DNA from: Ruminococcus sp.
GTDB lineage: Bacteria; Bacillota; Clostridia; Oscillospirales; Acutalibacteraceae
Direction of reading: 5' to 3'
Length of the DNA: 64,000 bases
NCBI GenBank assembly: GCA_051893995.1
Contig: JBJFHX010000161.1
Span: 21,580-85,579, forward strand
Below the pieces are notes generated by a model. That model worked only from the letters and a program-made list of their open reading frames with translations. It did not search any database and had not been told where the DNA came from. Within the stretch, counting starts at the first letter, position 1. Each line of letters begins with the position of its first letter. Of the stretch, positions 30,195-39,870 are shown piece after piece. A program made the translations under genes and the position numbers.

Positions 30195-30303
30195 AAATTA
30201 TGCACCCAAATCAAACAATTAATTGTTTTTATAAATAGAAGTGCTTTATAATACAAAAGAGAGGGTGAGAATATTGAAGAACAAGTTTTTGCTAAAAATG
30301 AAA
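30195..30303 (+). promoter_or_regulatory. Duplicated ECF-sigma promoter/5' segment (other copy 33870..33978)
   Basis: aaattatgcacccaaatcaaacaatt...tagaag..aaagagagggtgaga.tattgaag.acaa.tttttgct.aaa is shared with the region upstream of and within the sigma gene start. Confidence 0.75.
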
Positions 30304-30366
30304 TATTTAAATGTTTCAATATATAACTAAATATGTGCGAACATCTATTTTAAAGGAGAGGTTAAA

Positions 30367-33183
30367 ATGAAAAGAATCTTTGCGTCCATTCTTGTTGTTT
30401 TGCTTATGATGAGTACGGCTGCTGTATCTGTCGGAGCGTTAGAAGACAATTCCCTCAGTGTATCAGACGGAACAACAATATCGTTTGACACCACACCGGC
30501 TCTTTATACTCACGGTGTTCTTAATTCCGCTGACACCGAGGCGTGGCAGTCGTGGCAGAGTGAGCATCTTACAAATTTAAAAGAGTCCGATTCATCAGTA
30601 AAATACTTCTTTTTGCCGGTATCTGCTGATAACAGCAAGGCTGATATTTACAATGCCTATTCTGAGCCTGTAAATGTAAACGGCACGGAAATAGCGGCAG
30701 GCGAAACAGCACAGATTAACTATGAAGTCGGCAAAAGCTACAGTGTTACTGCTGACAACAAAACCTATACACTGAAGTTTATGAAATCAAATGCAGAGGC
30801 AGGAATATATATCAATAATTCAGATGCAGACGGCAACGGCACAAATCTTACGACCTATCTTAACAAAGATAAGTCGAGAAGTACTTCGGCAACAGGAGCA
30901 ATTGTAGAGCCTGACGGAAGCATTGACAATACTTCAATCAAAAAGATTAAAGGCAGAGGCAATACAACCTGGACAATGCCTAAAAAGTCGTACAATATTA
31001 CATACAGTGATAATGTAAGCATTGCAGGAATGAGTAAGGGTAAAAAATATTCAATCCTTGCAAATTATCAGGATGATTCTCTTTCAAGGAACAGATTTCT
31101 CTATGACCTTTCAGACGCTGTAGGTATGCCCTATGCTTCTGATTCACGTTATGTTGATTTTTATGTCAACGGATTTTACTGGGGTTCCTATCAGATGTGC
31201 GAGAAAATCGAGGTTGGTAAAAACAGCCTGATTAACGATATTGACGATGAGGCATATCTTAATGAAGACGGAACGGTGAATACCGATTTTCCATTTGTTT
31301 GCGAAATTGACCCTAATGCAACAGACGGCGAGGATTACTATGTAACCTGCGCAGACTCAATAAATGTTACAATTAAATCACCTGAACTTAATGAAGGCGA
31401 TATAGGATATAATGAAGTTAAGGCATATGTAAAGAAAAAATTCAATAATTTTTATTTTGCTGTTTCCGGTTATAAAGATATTTCAGAGATTGCAGACGTT
31501 GATTCTGTTGCAAAGCTGTATCTTATAAATGAAATCGGTAAAAACTGGGATTCAGGCGTTTCAAGCTTATTCTTTACCTGGAAACAGGATGAAAACGGTA
31601 CGTATAAATTCTTCGGCTCGCCTGTATGGGATTATGACAATTCACTCGGCAATGCCAAAGGCGTCAGCGAGGAACTTAAGAATATGGATGTTGACGATTA
31701 CGAAGATTATACCGGTTGGTGGTGTAAATACAAGTTTGGATATAATTGCTGCAATTTAATTGCCTGTATTTCGGAGAATGATTATGTGCTTAATGCCATA
31801 CCGCAGATATGGTTTGATGATTTTGTTCCTGCACTCAACGATTTCTTCGGCAAAACGGATAACGGCATTATGAAGTCATACGAACAGTATTACAGCCTTA
31901 TCGCAGATAGTGCGGAAATGAACTATCAGAGTGGTTGGGCGTTAAAAACAAGTAGTAGCTGGATTGCTGACCATACAAAGCTGACAACAGCAGAATATGA
32001 TTCTGATACCCACAAAATGATAACAACAGCTAAAAAGACATATAATAATAATTTTAACGGAATGTTTGACTATGCAGTTGATTGGATGCAGGGCAGAACT
32101 GCATGGCTGAGTGAGCAGTTCTATCCTGACAATGTTCAGGCAGAATATATTTTGGGTGATGCAGACCTCAACGGTGAAATAAGTATTATTGATGTAACCT
32201 TGATTCAGAAATTTATTGCGGACATCACGCAGTTTGAAAGCTCCCAGCTCAAGGTTGCTGACGTTACAGAAGATAAAAACATAAGTATTGACGATGCAAC
32301 AGATATTCAGAAATACCTTGCAGGCTTATCTTCCAAGCTGGGTGAGTATTTTAAAAACCAGCTCCCATCCAATATTTCATCTGAAATTGCCGATGAAATC
32401 AAAGATGACGAACGCTTTGGAATTGATGACGTTCATTATTATGTCAGAATTTCACTTCTGAGTGACAACAATGACGCATTGGCTGACAGTATAATTGAGA
32501 AATATCTGTCTAATGATTTTTATTATACCTATGACGCTGAAAAAGGATATATTGATACATCATTACCAAAGGAAACCTTACTGAATATTGCAAACGGTTA
32601 CGGTGACAGCGTTTACATATCATACCCTGTATATGAGCAGGAATGGGGAATTGTAAGCGATCAGCTGCTTGCTGATATGGAAAATGCTTCTGATACGGAT
32701 GAATTTCTTGTAAGTATCACTTTTAGTGATGATATTGATGTCAACGATTTTCTCTATACATATTTTGGTAATCCGGAAAAGTATCTTTATAATAGTGAAT
32801 ACAATGAACTGAAAGTGTGCGCAACCAAGGCACAGCTTGTTGCACTTAACGAAGACCCGAATGGCTATTGTATTGACTATTTCGCATCAAACAGTGGAGC
32901 TGAATACGGATTTGTTGACGGTTATCTTGCTGATAGAGTAAATAATGCAAGTCCAAATCAGACGTTTAATGCAGTAATTTTTTTATACGACTTTGATAAA
33001 GAAAGCTTTTCTTATAATCCCCAGCGCAACAGAATTATTAAGAATTATTTTAGTAACACATCGCGCTATGATTATGATGATTTTCAGGGTTGTATCTTTA
33101 TTGTAGCTACAAAAGAACAGCTGCTTGCATTAAACGAGAGTGACGAGCATATTCTTATTTCAGAATTTTTCACCTACGAATAA
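30367..33183 (+). CDS. Secreted CotH kinase-family protein with dockerin and three C-terminal repeats
   Basis: Signal peptide; IKGRGNTTW, KKSYNI, LANYQD, YVNGFYWGSY..EKIE, PVWDYD; dockerin LGDADLNGEISIIDVT..ADVTEDKNISIDDAT. Confidence 0.88.
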   Translation: MKRIFASILVVLLMMSTAAVSVGALEDNSLSVSDGTTISFDTTPALYTHGVLNSADTEAWQSWQSEHLTNLKESDSSVKYFFLPVSADNSKADIYNAYSEPVNVNGTEIAAGETAQINYEVGKSYSVTADNKTYTLKFMKSNAEAGIYINNSDADGNGTNLTTYLNKDKSRSTSATGAIVEPDGSIDNTSIKKIKGRGNTTWTMPKKSYNITYSDNVSIAGMSKGKKYSILANYQDDSLSRNRFLYDLSDAVGMPYASDSRYVDFYVNGFYWGSYQMCEKIEVGKNSLINDIDDEAYLNEDGTVNTDFPFVCEIDPNATDGEDYYVTCADSINVTIKSPELNEGDIGYNEVKAYVKKKFNNFYFAVSGYKDISEIADVDSVAKLYLINEIGKNWDSGVSSLFFTWKQDENGTYKFFGSPVWDYDNSLGNAKGVSEELKNMDVDDYEDYTGWWCKYKFGYNCCNLIACISENDYVLNAIPQIWFDDFVPALNDFFGKTDNGIMKSYEQYYSLIADSAEMNYQSGWALKTSSSWIADHTKLTTAEYDSDTHKMITTAKKTYNNNFNGMFDYAVDWMQGRTAWLSEQFYPDNVQAEYILGDADLNGEISIIDVTLIQKFIADITQFESSQLKVADVTEDKNISIDDATDIQKYLAGLSSKLGEYFKNQLPSNISSEIADEIKDDERFGIDDVHYYVRISLLSDNNDALADSIIEKYLSNDFYYTYDAEKGYIDTSLPKETLLNIANGYGDSVYISYPVYEQEWGIVSDQLLADMENASDTDEFLVSITFSDDIDVNDFLYTYFGNPEKYLYNSEYNELKVCATKAQLVALNEDPNGYCIDYFASNSGAEYGFVDGYLADRVNNASPNQTFNAVIFLYDFDKESFSYNPQRNRIIKNYFSNTSRYDYDDFQGCIFIVATKEQLLALNESDEHILISEFFTYE

Positions 33184-33268
33184 ACCCACAGACATTTAAC
33201 AAACTATCCCATACTACGGTGTTAATTCTAAAATTATCAATTTTGTTATGAAAATAACCACACTCAAA

Positions 33269-33349
33269 TGTAGGGAACGGTCAAGACCGTTCCGAGTCGG
33301 TTAAGAGTTGGCTTGTAAATCAGCGGAACGGTCAAGACCGTTCCCTACA
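33269..33349. repeat. GTAG-type REP doublet (REPIN-like)
   Basis: GTAG-GGAACGGTC-AA-GACCGTTCC and an inverted copy ending CTAC. Confidence 0.8.
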
Positions 33350-33669
33350 CTGATTAATATCAAAAGCTGATGTTATATTTCATACAATATGTGTATTTTT
33401 AATTTTATCAATGTACTACCTGCCTATCCCCTGTCTACTCCTCGGTAAGGATATTGAATAAAGTGTGTAAGCTAAAAAACAGCTTGCACACTTTTGCATT
33501 TGCGGATAAGTGTGCTACAATAAATAAAGGACAGAAAAGGTTATCCGTTTAAGTAAACAATAATTTAGCCGAGTGCCTCGGCTCGCAAATCGAGTGGAAA
33601 AGTCAGTTTGTTTGGAAAAATTACAGCCCGAATTTTAAGTTGATATATAGGCAACGTTTAGTTTTTTAG

Positions 33670-33797
33670 TGTAGGGAACAACCCCTGTGTTGTTCCTATA
33701 TAAGTTAGATGAATGTCAGTTAGGAACGACACAGGGGTTTCTGCCCCTTAATAAGGGGATTGAGAGGTTTTGGGCAACTGCCGTACCGTTCCCTACA
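33670..33797. repeat. Variant GTAG-type REP doublet, right arm interrupted
   Basis: GTAGGGAACAACCCCTGTGTTGTTCC ... GGAACGACACAGGGGTT[insert]GTTCCCTAC. Confidence 0.65.
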
Positions 33798-33814
33798 ATT
33801 TTTCGTGAGCATTT

Positions 33815-33846
33815 AATTCCGAATTACGCATTCCGAATTCCGAATT
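33815..33846. repeat. Heptamer tandem repeat (AATTCCG)n
   Basis: aattccg aattacg cattccg aattccg aatt. Confidence 0.65.
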
Positions 33847-33948
33847 AAATGGATAATCATAAAATTCAAAAATTATGCACCCAAATCAAACAATTGACTG
33901 TTTATATTAATAGAAGCGCTTCACAATAAAAAAGAGAGGGTGAGAGTA

Positions 33949-34491
33949 TTGAAGGACAAACTTTTGCTGAAACTGAAAAAACACGACGAAAAAGCATTAC
34001 AAGCTGTAATAGAGCAATATTCACGTCTTGCAGCAACGGTTGTAAACAATATCTCAAAGGGAAGTCTTACAAAGGAAGATATTGAGGAAACTGTTGCGGA
34101 TGTGTTTGTTACACTTTGGAATAATGCAGAAAAAGTGCAGGAGGGCAAGCTGAAAGGATATATCTGCTGTATCGCCAGAACCCGCACACTTAATAAAATA
34201 GCAGTCAACAGAAATAAAGCTGTTCTCAATATTGACGACTACGACCCCGAGGATGATTTTTCTATTGCGGATGAAACCGAGAAAAAGGACATACATAGGG
34301 AGCTTCGTGAGATTATCAAGGAAATAGAGTTACCCGACAGGGAAATCCTTATCAGGTACTACTATTATTATCAGACAGTTTCACAGATTTCCGAGGCTAT
34401 GGAAATAAACATCGAAACGGTGAAATCAAAGCTCAGACGAACCCGCAATAAAATCAAAACAAAACTTATTGAAAGGAGTTACACAATATGA
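33949..34491 (+). CDS. ECF RNA polymerase sigma factor
   Basis: Region 2 DIEETVADVFVTLW; region 4 QISEAMEINIETVKSKLRR. Start is TTG 33949 or GTG 33940. Confidence 0.92.
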   Translation: MKDKLLLKLKKHDEKALQAVIEQYSRLAATVVNNISKGSLTKEDIEETVADVFVTLWNNAEKVQEGKLKGYICCIARTRTLNKIAVNRNKAVLNIDDYDPEDDFSIADETEKKDIHRELREIIKEIELPDREILIRYYYYYQTVSQISEAMEINIETVKSKLRRTRNKIKTKLIERSYTI

Positions 34492-35849
34492 AAACTACAT
34501 TCAAGAAAGTTTTTGACGAATTCGACGATGAACTTATGAATATTGATGAATTCAACGCCTGTGAAAGTATTGATATTGACGTTGATAAAATCAAGGCAGA
34601 AGTGCTTAAGCGTATTGACGATAAAAACGGCAAAAAGAAATTCAGCAAAAAGTTATTTGCCTTACTTGTTGCAGCGGTAATATTAATTACCGGCACAGTC
34701 GGAGCCTTTGCAACAGGAAGCGTTCAGAGTATTTTCAAAGAGCTTTTCAATAACAGCGGTATGAATTCCGCAGGACTTTACGACGGCGGAAATGTAGAGA
34801 TTATCAGCTGTGACGACAGCCTCAATGTTGAGCTTCTCGGAGTAATGGGTGACAGCAAAAGGCTGTACTCTGCAATTGAGATTACCAAAAAAGACGGCAG
34901 TGCGGTTATTGATGAAGATTACGAAGAACCGCATTGCTGGTTTAAAGATATGCCGACGCCTATGCCTGAGGATAAAACCATATACGACTACCTTTCCTGC
35001 AAAGCCGAATATGTAGATAAAAACGGTAATTCATCACACAACAAAGCATTAAATACAATAAAGTATTCGCTCAGTGAAGATAATAAGAGTATTAAGCTAT
35101 TCATTTTCAGCAGAATATTTGAGGGAGACTTTAAGGACGGCAGAGCGACTGTAACAAGCGAGAGCATTGGAGCCTATAATATTCATGAGGTTATTTATGA
35201 GGTGGATTATGCGGGAAAAACTTATTCGGATTATGATGATACCGAGCCTTTTGATGAAGAGCTGATTGACAGGCGTTTGCAGGAGCTCGGCATAACAGAA
35301 GACGACTGCCGGACCATAGAGAGCGGTCAGAAGATGAAGTACTGTTGGTGCGATAAAAAAATTTTTGAGCTTCCCTTTGAAATCAGCTTTGACCTCAACT
35401 ACAAATCAGACGGCATCATCAGCAAGGAACTGACTATTGAAGACGCTCCGAATGTTATTAAGCCGATTGCCGATAAGGTGAAAATGGAGATAACTCCGTT
35501 TGCCGTTTATCTTTACGGTCAATGCGATAAAGAGTCAGCGAAAGAATCCGGCTGGTCAGGTAAGGAAGTGACTTATAATAACGTTTATGATAACTTTTGC
35601 TTTAATGATGTAGACGTAGCAGGAACCTCTAAAATTGTATTCAACGACGGTACGGTTTACTATCTCCATCCTGACGCAGGCGGCAAATCGGGCGTTGGAG
35701 AAGACGAAAACGCGGATTACTACGAGGAAGAAATTCCATTGGCTTTTTCAACCGTAGCCGGCTCGCTTGTATTTCCGGAAATTAATGCAATAGATACAAG
35801 AGAAGTAAAAACCGTTATAATTAACGGAGATACGGTTTACAGCAAATAA
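34488..35849 (+). CDS. Membrane-anchored anti-sigma factor (DUF4179-like)
   Basis: Overlaps the sigma stop; short cytoplasmic N-terminus, single TM, large acidic extracellular domain. Confidence 0.7.
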   Translation: MKTTFKKVFDEFDDELMNIDEFNACESIDIDVDKIKAEVLKRIDDKNGKKKFSKKLFALLVAAVILITGTVGAFATGSVQSIFKELFNNSGMNSAGLYDGGNVEIISCDDSLNVELLGVMGDSKRLYSAIEITKKDGSAVIDEDYEEPHCWFKDMPTPMPEDKTIYDYLSCKAEYVDKNGNSSHNKALNTIKYSLSEDNKSIKLFIFSRIFEGDFKDGRATVTSESIGAYNIHEVIYEVDYAGKTYSDYDDTEPFDEELIDRRLQELGITEDDCRTIESGQKMKYCWCDKKIFELPFEISFDLNYKSDGIISKELTIEDAPNVIKPIADKVKMEITPFAVYLYGQCDKESAKESGWSGKEVTYNNVYDNFCFNDVDVAGTSKIVFNDGTVYYLHPDAGGKSGVGEDENADYYEEEIPLAFSTVAGSLVFPEINAIDTREVKTVIINGDTVYSK

Positions 35850-35897
35850 GAATAAATCTTTTTTCATAAACTACATCAGACCTGAACGTTGTTTATA

Positions 35898-35983
35898 TCT
35901 GATATATATTCCTTACGAGCAGTTGGCATCCTTCTGCCCCCTGCCAAGCAAAAACGGCTTAAACACTGCGTTTAAGCCGTTTT
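35898..35983 (+). repeat. Module-end repeat copy 1: TTAYGAGCAGTYGG motif, tRNA-Trp-like 3' fragment and terminator
   Basis: 35945..35983 is identical over 39 bp to 52399..52437; atccttctgccccctgcca resembles the 3' end of a Firmicute tRNA-Trp. Confidence 0.7.
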
Positions 35984-36067
35984 TCTTTTCCTATACCACT
36001 CTGAGCAAATGCACATAAAACCTTGCCTGCAATAATAATTCCTTTAATTAACCGTCGAAGCCTTGCG

Positions 36068-36412
36068 TTAAAATAAAGAAAAACACGCAATTCCCAGAAT
36101 TATCAGCGCATTACCGATAATCTTCTTTTTTGTCATAGTTTCCTTGAGAATGAGCTTTGAAAGCACCATTATAAGCACTGTCGAAAGCGAATTTATAACT
36201 ACTCCGAATCTATAGTCAATTTTTGTATAGATAATCACATTAATTACAAGCACCAGCACATAGCCTGCATATGACAGCATCACATAGGGGTTCAGATATT
36301 CAAAAACAAAATGTCTGTGCTTTTTATTTGCGCTGACCTTCAGCATTATCTGCGATACAGCTGTAATGAATGCGCTGACAAACATCAGAACATAAAACAA
36401 AATATTATTCAC
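36068..36412 (-). CDS. SMR/EamA-family small membrane protein (ArnE/F-like flippase subunit)
   Basis: 114 aa, 4 TMs, SQIMLK..A, YLNPYV, LKE..TKKKIIG. Confidence 0.75.
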   Translation of the reverse strand: MNNILFYVLMFVSAFITAVSQIMLKVSANKKHRHFVFEYLNPYVMLSYAGYVLVLVINVIIYTKIDYRFGVVINSLSTVLIMVLSKLILKETMTKKKIIGNALIILGIACFSLF

Positions 36413-36770
36413 TTTGAATCACCAGTATTCCCGCAATAATCAATAACGTGCCGATTATGTTGCCGATGGTAATCGCTTCGGAAAATATCAGAAATGCCCA
36501 CAACAAGCTCCACACATTATAAACTGCTCTGTGAGCATAAGCCACATTCACCTCAAAATGCTTGAGATTCTGCTGCCAGAACAGCGCATATATTCCGCAG
36601 TTGACAAGCATAAGTCCTGCAAAAATAAATGTCCGTACGTCAAAAATACCGTTTTGGCTGATGTTGTTAGCTGCCATTTTTGAAAAAATACCTGTAGCCG
36701 AAAAAATCAGAATACTTATATGCAGAAAAACGGTCTGTTTAACATTCGGCTTTTTTATTGTATTTCCCAT
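36405..36770 (-). CDS. SMR/EamA-family small membrane protein (ArnE/F-like flippase subunit)
   Basis: 121 aa, 4 TMs, FSKMAA, YALFWQQ, VAYA, FSEAITIGNIIG. Confidence 0.75.
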   Translation of the reverse strand: MGNTIKKPNVKQTVFLHISILIFSATGIFSKMAANNISQNGIFDVRTFIFAGLMLVNCGIYALFWQQNLKHFEVNVAYAHRAVYNVWSLLWAFLIFSEAITIGNIIGTLLIIAGILVIQSE

Positions 36771-36772
36771 TG

Positions 36773-37909
36773 CTACCTATCCTTATAAAAAGCATAAATC
36801 TGTTCGCACACATAATCAATCTGTTCGGACGTCAAATCCAGATACAACGGCAATCTTATAAGCCTGTCGGATGTATCGGTTGTGTAATTATCCTCTCCGC
36901 AGAACGTACCGCATTTCCTGCCTTGCAGGGAAGAATGAAGAGGAATGTAATGAAACGGTGCTGTAATTCCTCTCTTGTGCAGAAAATCAGTGAGCCGTGC
37001 CCTCTCTTCAATATCACGTGCTTTAAGATAAAACATATGTGCATTATGCTGACAGCCTTCAGGCACATACGGCAAACGGAGCTTTTCGGCGTTTTCCAAA
37101 TCCTTTAAATTTGAATAATAACGGCTCCATATATCCAAACGCTTATTATTAATTTCATCAATATTCTGTAACTGCGCATACAAATATGCCGCATTCAGCT
37201 CACTCGGAAGATATGATGAGCCTTCGCTCACCCAGGTGTATTTATCAACCGTTCCGAGCAGAAATTCCGCTCTGTTAGTACCCTTTTCACGCACAATTTC
37301 CGAGCGTATATTATTTTTGGAGGAACGGATAAGCAAAGCTCCTCCCTCTCCCATTGTATAGTTCTTTGTATCGTGAAAACTGTAACAGCCAAAGTCACCT
37401 ATAGTACCCAATGCCTGTCCCTTGTAATAGGCGTTTACTGCCTGAGCCGCATCCTCCACCACATAAAGCTTGTATTGCTTTGCAATTTCATTAATCATAT
37501 CCATCTCACAGGATACGCCTGCATAATGAACAGGAACAATTACCTTTGTTTTCTGCGTGATTGCCTGTTCAATGAGCTTTTCGTCAATATTCTGAGTGTC
37601 GGGACGTATGTCAACAAACACGATTCTTGCTCCTCTGAGCACAAACGCATTTGCACTTGACGAAAAAGTAAACGAAGGCATTATAACCTCGTCGCCGGGT
37701 TTGATGTCGCAAAGAATTGCTGAAAGCTCAAGAGCGTGAGTACAGGAGGTTGTAAGCAGCGACTTCTGCGCCCTGAACTTGTTTTCAATGAACTCATCAC
37801 ATGCTTTTGTGTAAAAATTATCTCCGCACAGCTTTCTGCGGTTGATTGCATCGCTTATGTACTCCTGTTCGGTTCCCACAACAGGAGGTATGTTAAAAGG
37901 TATCTCCAT
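36773..37909 (-). CDS. rffA: dTDP-4-amino-4,6-dideoxygalactose transaminase (RffA/WecE)
   Basis: IPFNIPP, LLTTSCTHALE, VHYAGVSC, EDAAQ, SFHDTKNY..GEGG, REKGTNR, VDKYTW, FHYIPLH. Confidence 0.9.
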   Translation of the reverse strand: MEIPFNIPPVVGTEQEYISDAINRRKLCGDNFYTKACDEFIENKFRAQKSLLTTSCTHALELSAILCDIKPGDEVIMPSFTFSSSANAFVLRGARIVFVDIRPDTQNIDEKLIEQAITQKTKVIVPVHYAGVSCEMDMINEIAKQYKLYVVEDAAQAVNAYYKGQALGTIGDFGCYSFHDTKNYTMGEGGALLIRSSKNNIRSEIVREKGTNRAEFLLGTVDKYTWVSEGSSYLPSELNAAYLYAQLQNIDEINNKRLDIWSRYYSNLKDLENAEKLRLPYVPEGCQHNAHMFYLKARDIEERARLTDFLHKRGITAPFHYIPLHSSLQGRKCGTFCGEDNYTTDTSDRLIRLPLYLDLTSEQIDYVCEQIYAFYKDR

Positions 37910-39870
37910 TATACCACACCTTTTTCTGATAAGTCCTTAAATGCCTCTTTCAGACAAAATTCGCAGGAAAAGCCAAGCTCCTCCTTCGCTTTTGATACGT
38001 CAAGATAGGTTACCGAAGCGTCTTCGGGTTTGTCTGCAAGCATAATAATTTCAGATTCCGATTCAAGCCCGTGTATAACAGCCTCGGCAAGCTCTTTTGA
38101 GCTTGTCCCCTTGCCCGAACCGATATTATAGATTCCGCTTTTACCGTAGCTTTCAAGTGAACGGTAAATCGCTTTACAGACATCTTTTATGTAAATATAA
38201 TCTCGTCTGCCCTCAGCTTTTCCGTACACAGTAAGGGGGCTGTCTGACAGTGCATTGCTTATAAATCTGTCTGTCATATATCCGTTTTTGTCGTTGCCGA
38301 TTACCTGGGCAAGACGAAGGATTTTTATCTTAAGACCGAAATTTTTATTATAGTATGTACAAAGCAGTTCAGCCGTCGCTTTTGAAATTCCGTAATAGTT
38401 TATCGGGCTGATAATTCCGTTTTCTGTAATCGGTACACTCTGCTCGTTTGAATATACACATCTGCTCGAGGTGAACACGATATTAGTTATTCCAAGCTTA
38501 CAACACGCTGTCAGGGTGTTTTCAACAACAGCGATATTATCATAATATAGCGAAAGCGACTGCTTTTCATTCTGTCTGACCTTTTTCCCTGCCAGTATAA
38601 CAACGCTGTCACAGCCTGAGAGTGCTTCTTCAAGCTGTTTTTCTGAATATTCGGTAACTGAACCGTTGCTTCTTGAAATATTCTTAACTGTTAAGCGTTT
38701 TCCGTACTGTTCTTCAAAGCTTCTCCCCACAAATCCGCTTCCGCCTATGACGCCGATTGTGTGGGGTGATTTATATATTCTGTAACCGCACTTTTCCATA
38801 TAACCGTTGAGTTTTCGGACTGTATCGCCTGTCTGGTAATACATAACGCTGTAATCGGCAAAATAACCGCTGTACTTATTTTCGTTAAAAACTGTTTTGG
38901 GAGGTTCGCAGAAAAACTCCAGATGCATAGGATATCTGCTTTTTTCGTATTTCCCTATTTCAATATCCTCACCAAAAAAATGCTTCATCGTAAGGTTAAA
39001 AAGATTTATACCGCAATATCGGTCTATAAGCTTCCACATATGACATCCGTCAAGACGGGGAGTTACTTCAATCAGATACGGATTTCCGTCACAAATCTTA
39101 AGCTGAAAATAAACAGGGCCGTTATTTATTTCAAGCCTTGTGACAGTTTCTTTTACAAGCTCGTTGATTTTTTCGGCGGTTTCAGTGTTTTCATAAACTG
39201 AGGGCAGATGATGAGCCTTGATAATTCCGCCCGGAAGGCTGTTAAAGGATTCTCTGTCAGAAATAATGCTGAAAATCACTTCACCGTTTTTTACATACGC
39301 ATTAACGGAAACCTCATCGCCCGAAACATATTTTTCTATGATAACCCTTCCGCTTTTGGAGTATGAAATTGACTTGTCAAAATATTTTCTGATTTCATCT
39401 TTGTTACGGGCAAGATAAACTCCACGCTGTCCCTGAGAATCGACAGGCTTGAGCATTGCAGGATAAAAGTCAACCGTTTCGGCGTCCTCATATGACGAGC
39501 ATACAGCGTAGGTAAGGTTGTATCCCACGTCACCCAGAGCCTTGCGCATCAGGTGCTTGTTACAACAGATTTCTGCCGTTTCAGAAGAAACAAAGCTGAA
39601 TTTTCCTGTTTCCTCAGCCACCCTGCATACTGTAGGAACTGCTATATCGCTTCCGACCGAATATATGTAATCAATCTGATTTTTCAGAAAATAAGCCTTT
39701 ATCGCCTCGGTATCGGTAATGTTAATCTGAGCAAAATGTCCTATCAACGGGATTCCCTTGTCGGTGTCGGTATAGCTGCATCCGTAGGTTTCAAGCCCTA
39801 TTGAATTGCAATAATTTATGAGGTCAAGCTGTGCGTTGCCTGCACCTAAAATAAGTATTTTTTTACTCAT
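37909..39870 (-). CDS. ATP-grasp ligase fused to an NAD-dependent epimerase/dehydratase
   Basis: N-terminal KPVDSQGQRG, IIEKY, IEVTPR (ATP-grasp); C-terminal GGSGFVG, TSS, YGISK, RDYIYIKD (extended SDR). Confidence 0.85.
   Translation of the reverse strand: MSKKILILGAGNAQLDLINYCNSIGLETYGCSYTDTDKGIPLIGHFAQINITDTEAIKAYFLKNQIDYIYSVGSDIAVPTVCRVAEETGKFSFVSSETAEICCNKHLMRKALGDVGYNLTYAVCSSYEDAETVDFYPAMLKPVDSQGQRGVYLARNKDEIRKYFDKSISYSKSGRVIIEKYVSGDEVSVNAYVKNGEVIFSIISDRESFNSLPGGIIKAHHLPSVYENTETAEKINELVKETVTRLEINNGPVYFQLKICDGNPYLIEVTPRLDGCHMWKLIDRYCGINLFNLTMKHFFGEDIEIGKYEKSRYPMHLEFFCEPPKTVFNENKYSGYFADYSVMYYQTGDTVRKLNGYMEKCGYRIYKSPHTIGVIGGSGFVGRSFEEQYGKRLTVKNISRSNGSVTEYSEKQLEEALSGCDSVVILAGKKVRQNEKQSLSLYYDNIAVVENTLTACCKLGITNIVFTSSRCVYSNEQSVPITENGIISPINYYGISKATAELLCTYYNKNFGLKIKILRLAQVIGNDKNGYMTDRFISNALSDSPLTVYGKAEGRRDYIYIKDVCKAIYRSLESYGKSGIYNIGSGKGTSSKELAEAVIHGLESESEIIMLADKPEDASVTYLDVSKAKEELGFSCEFCLKEAFKDLSEKGVV

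Noticed and set aside
35927-35946. Possible tRNA gene ending in CCA
   Set aside because: Only a 3' fragment; no anticodon arm, D arm or TTCG loop upstream. Recorded as an att-like remnant instead.
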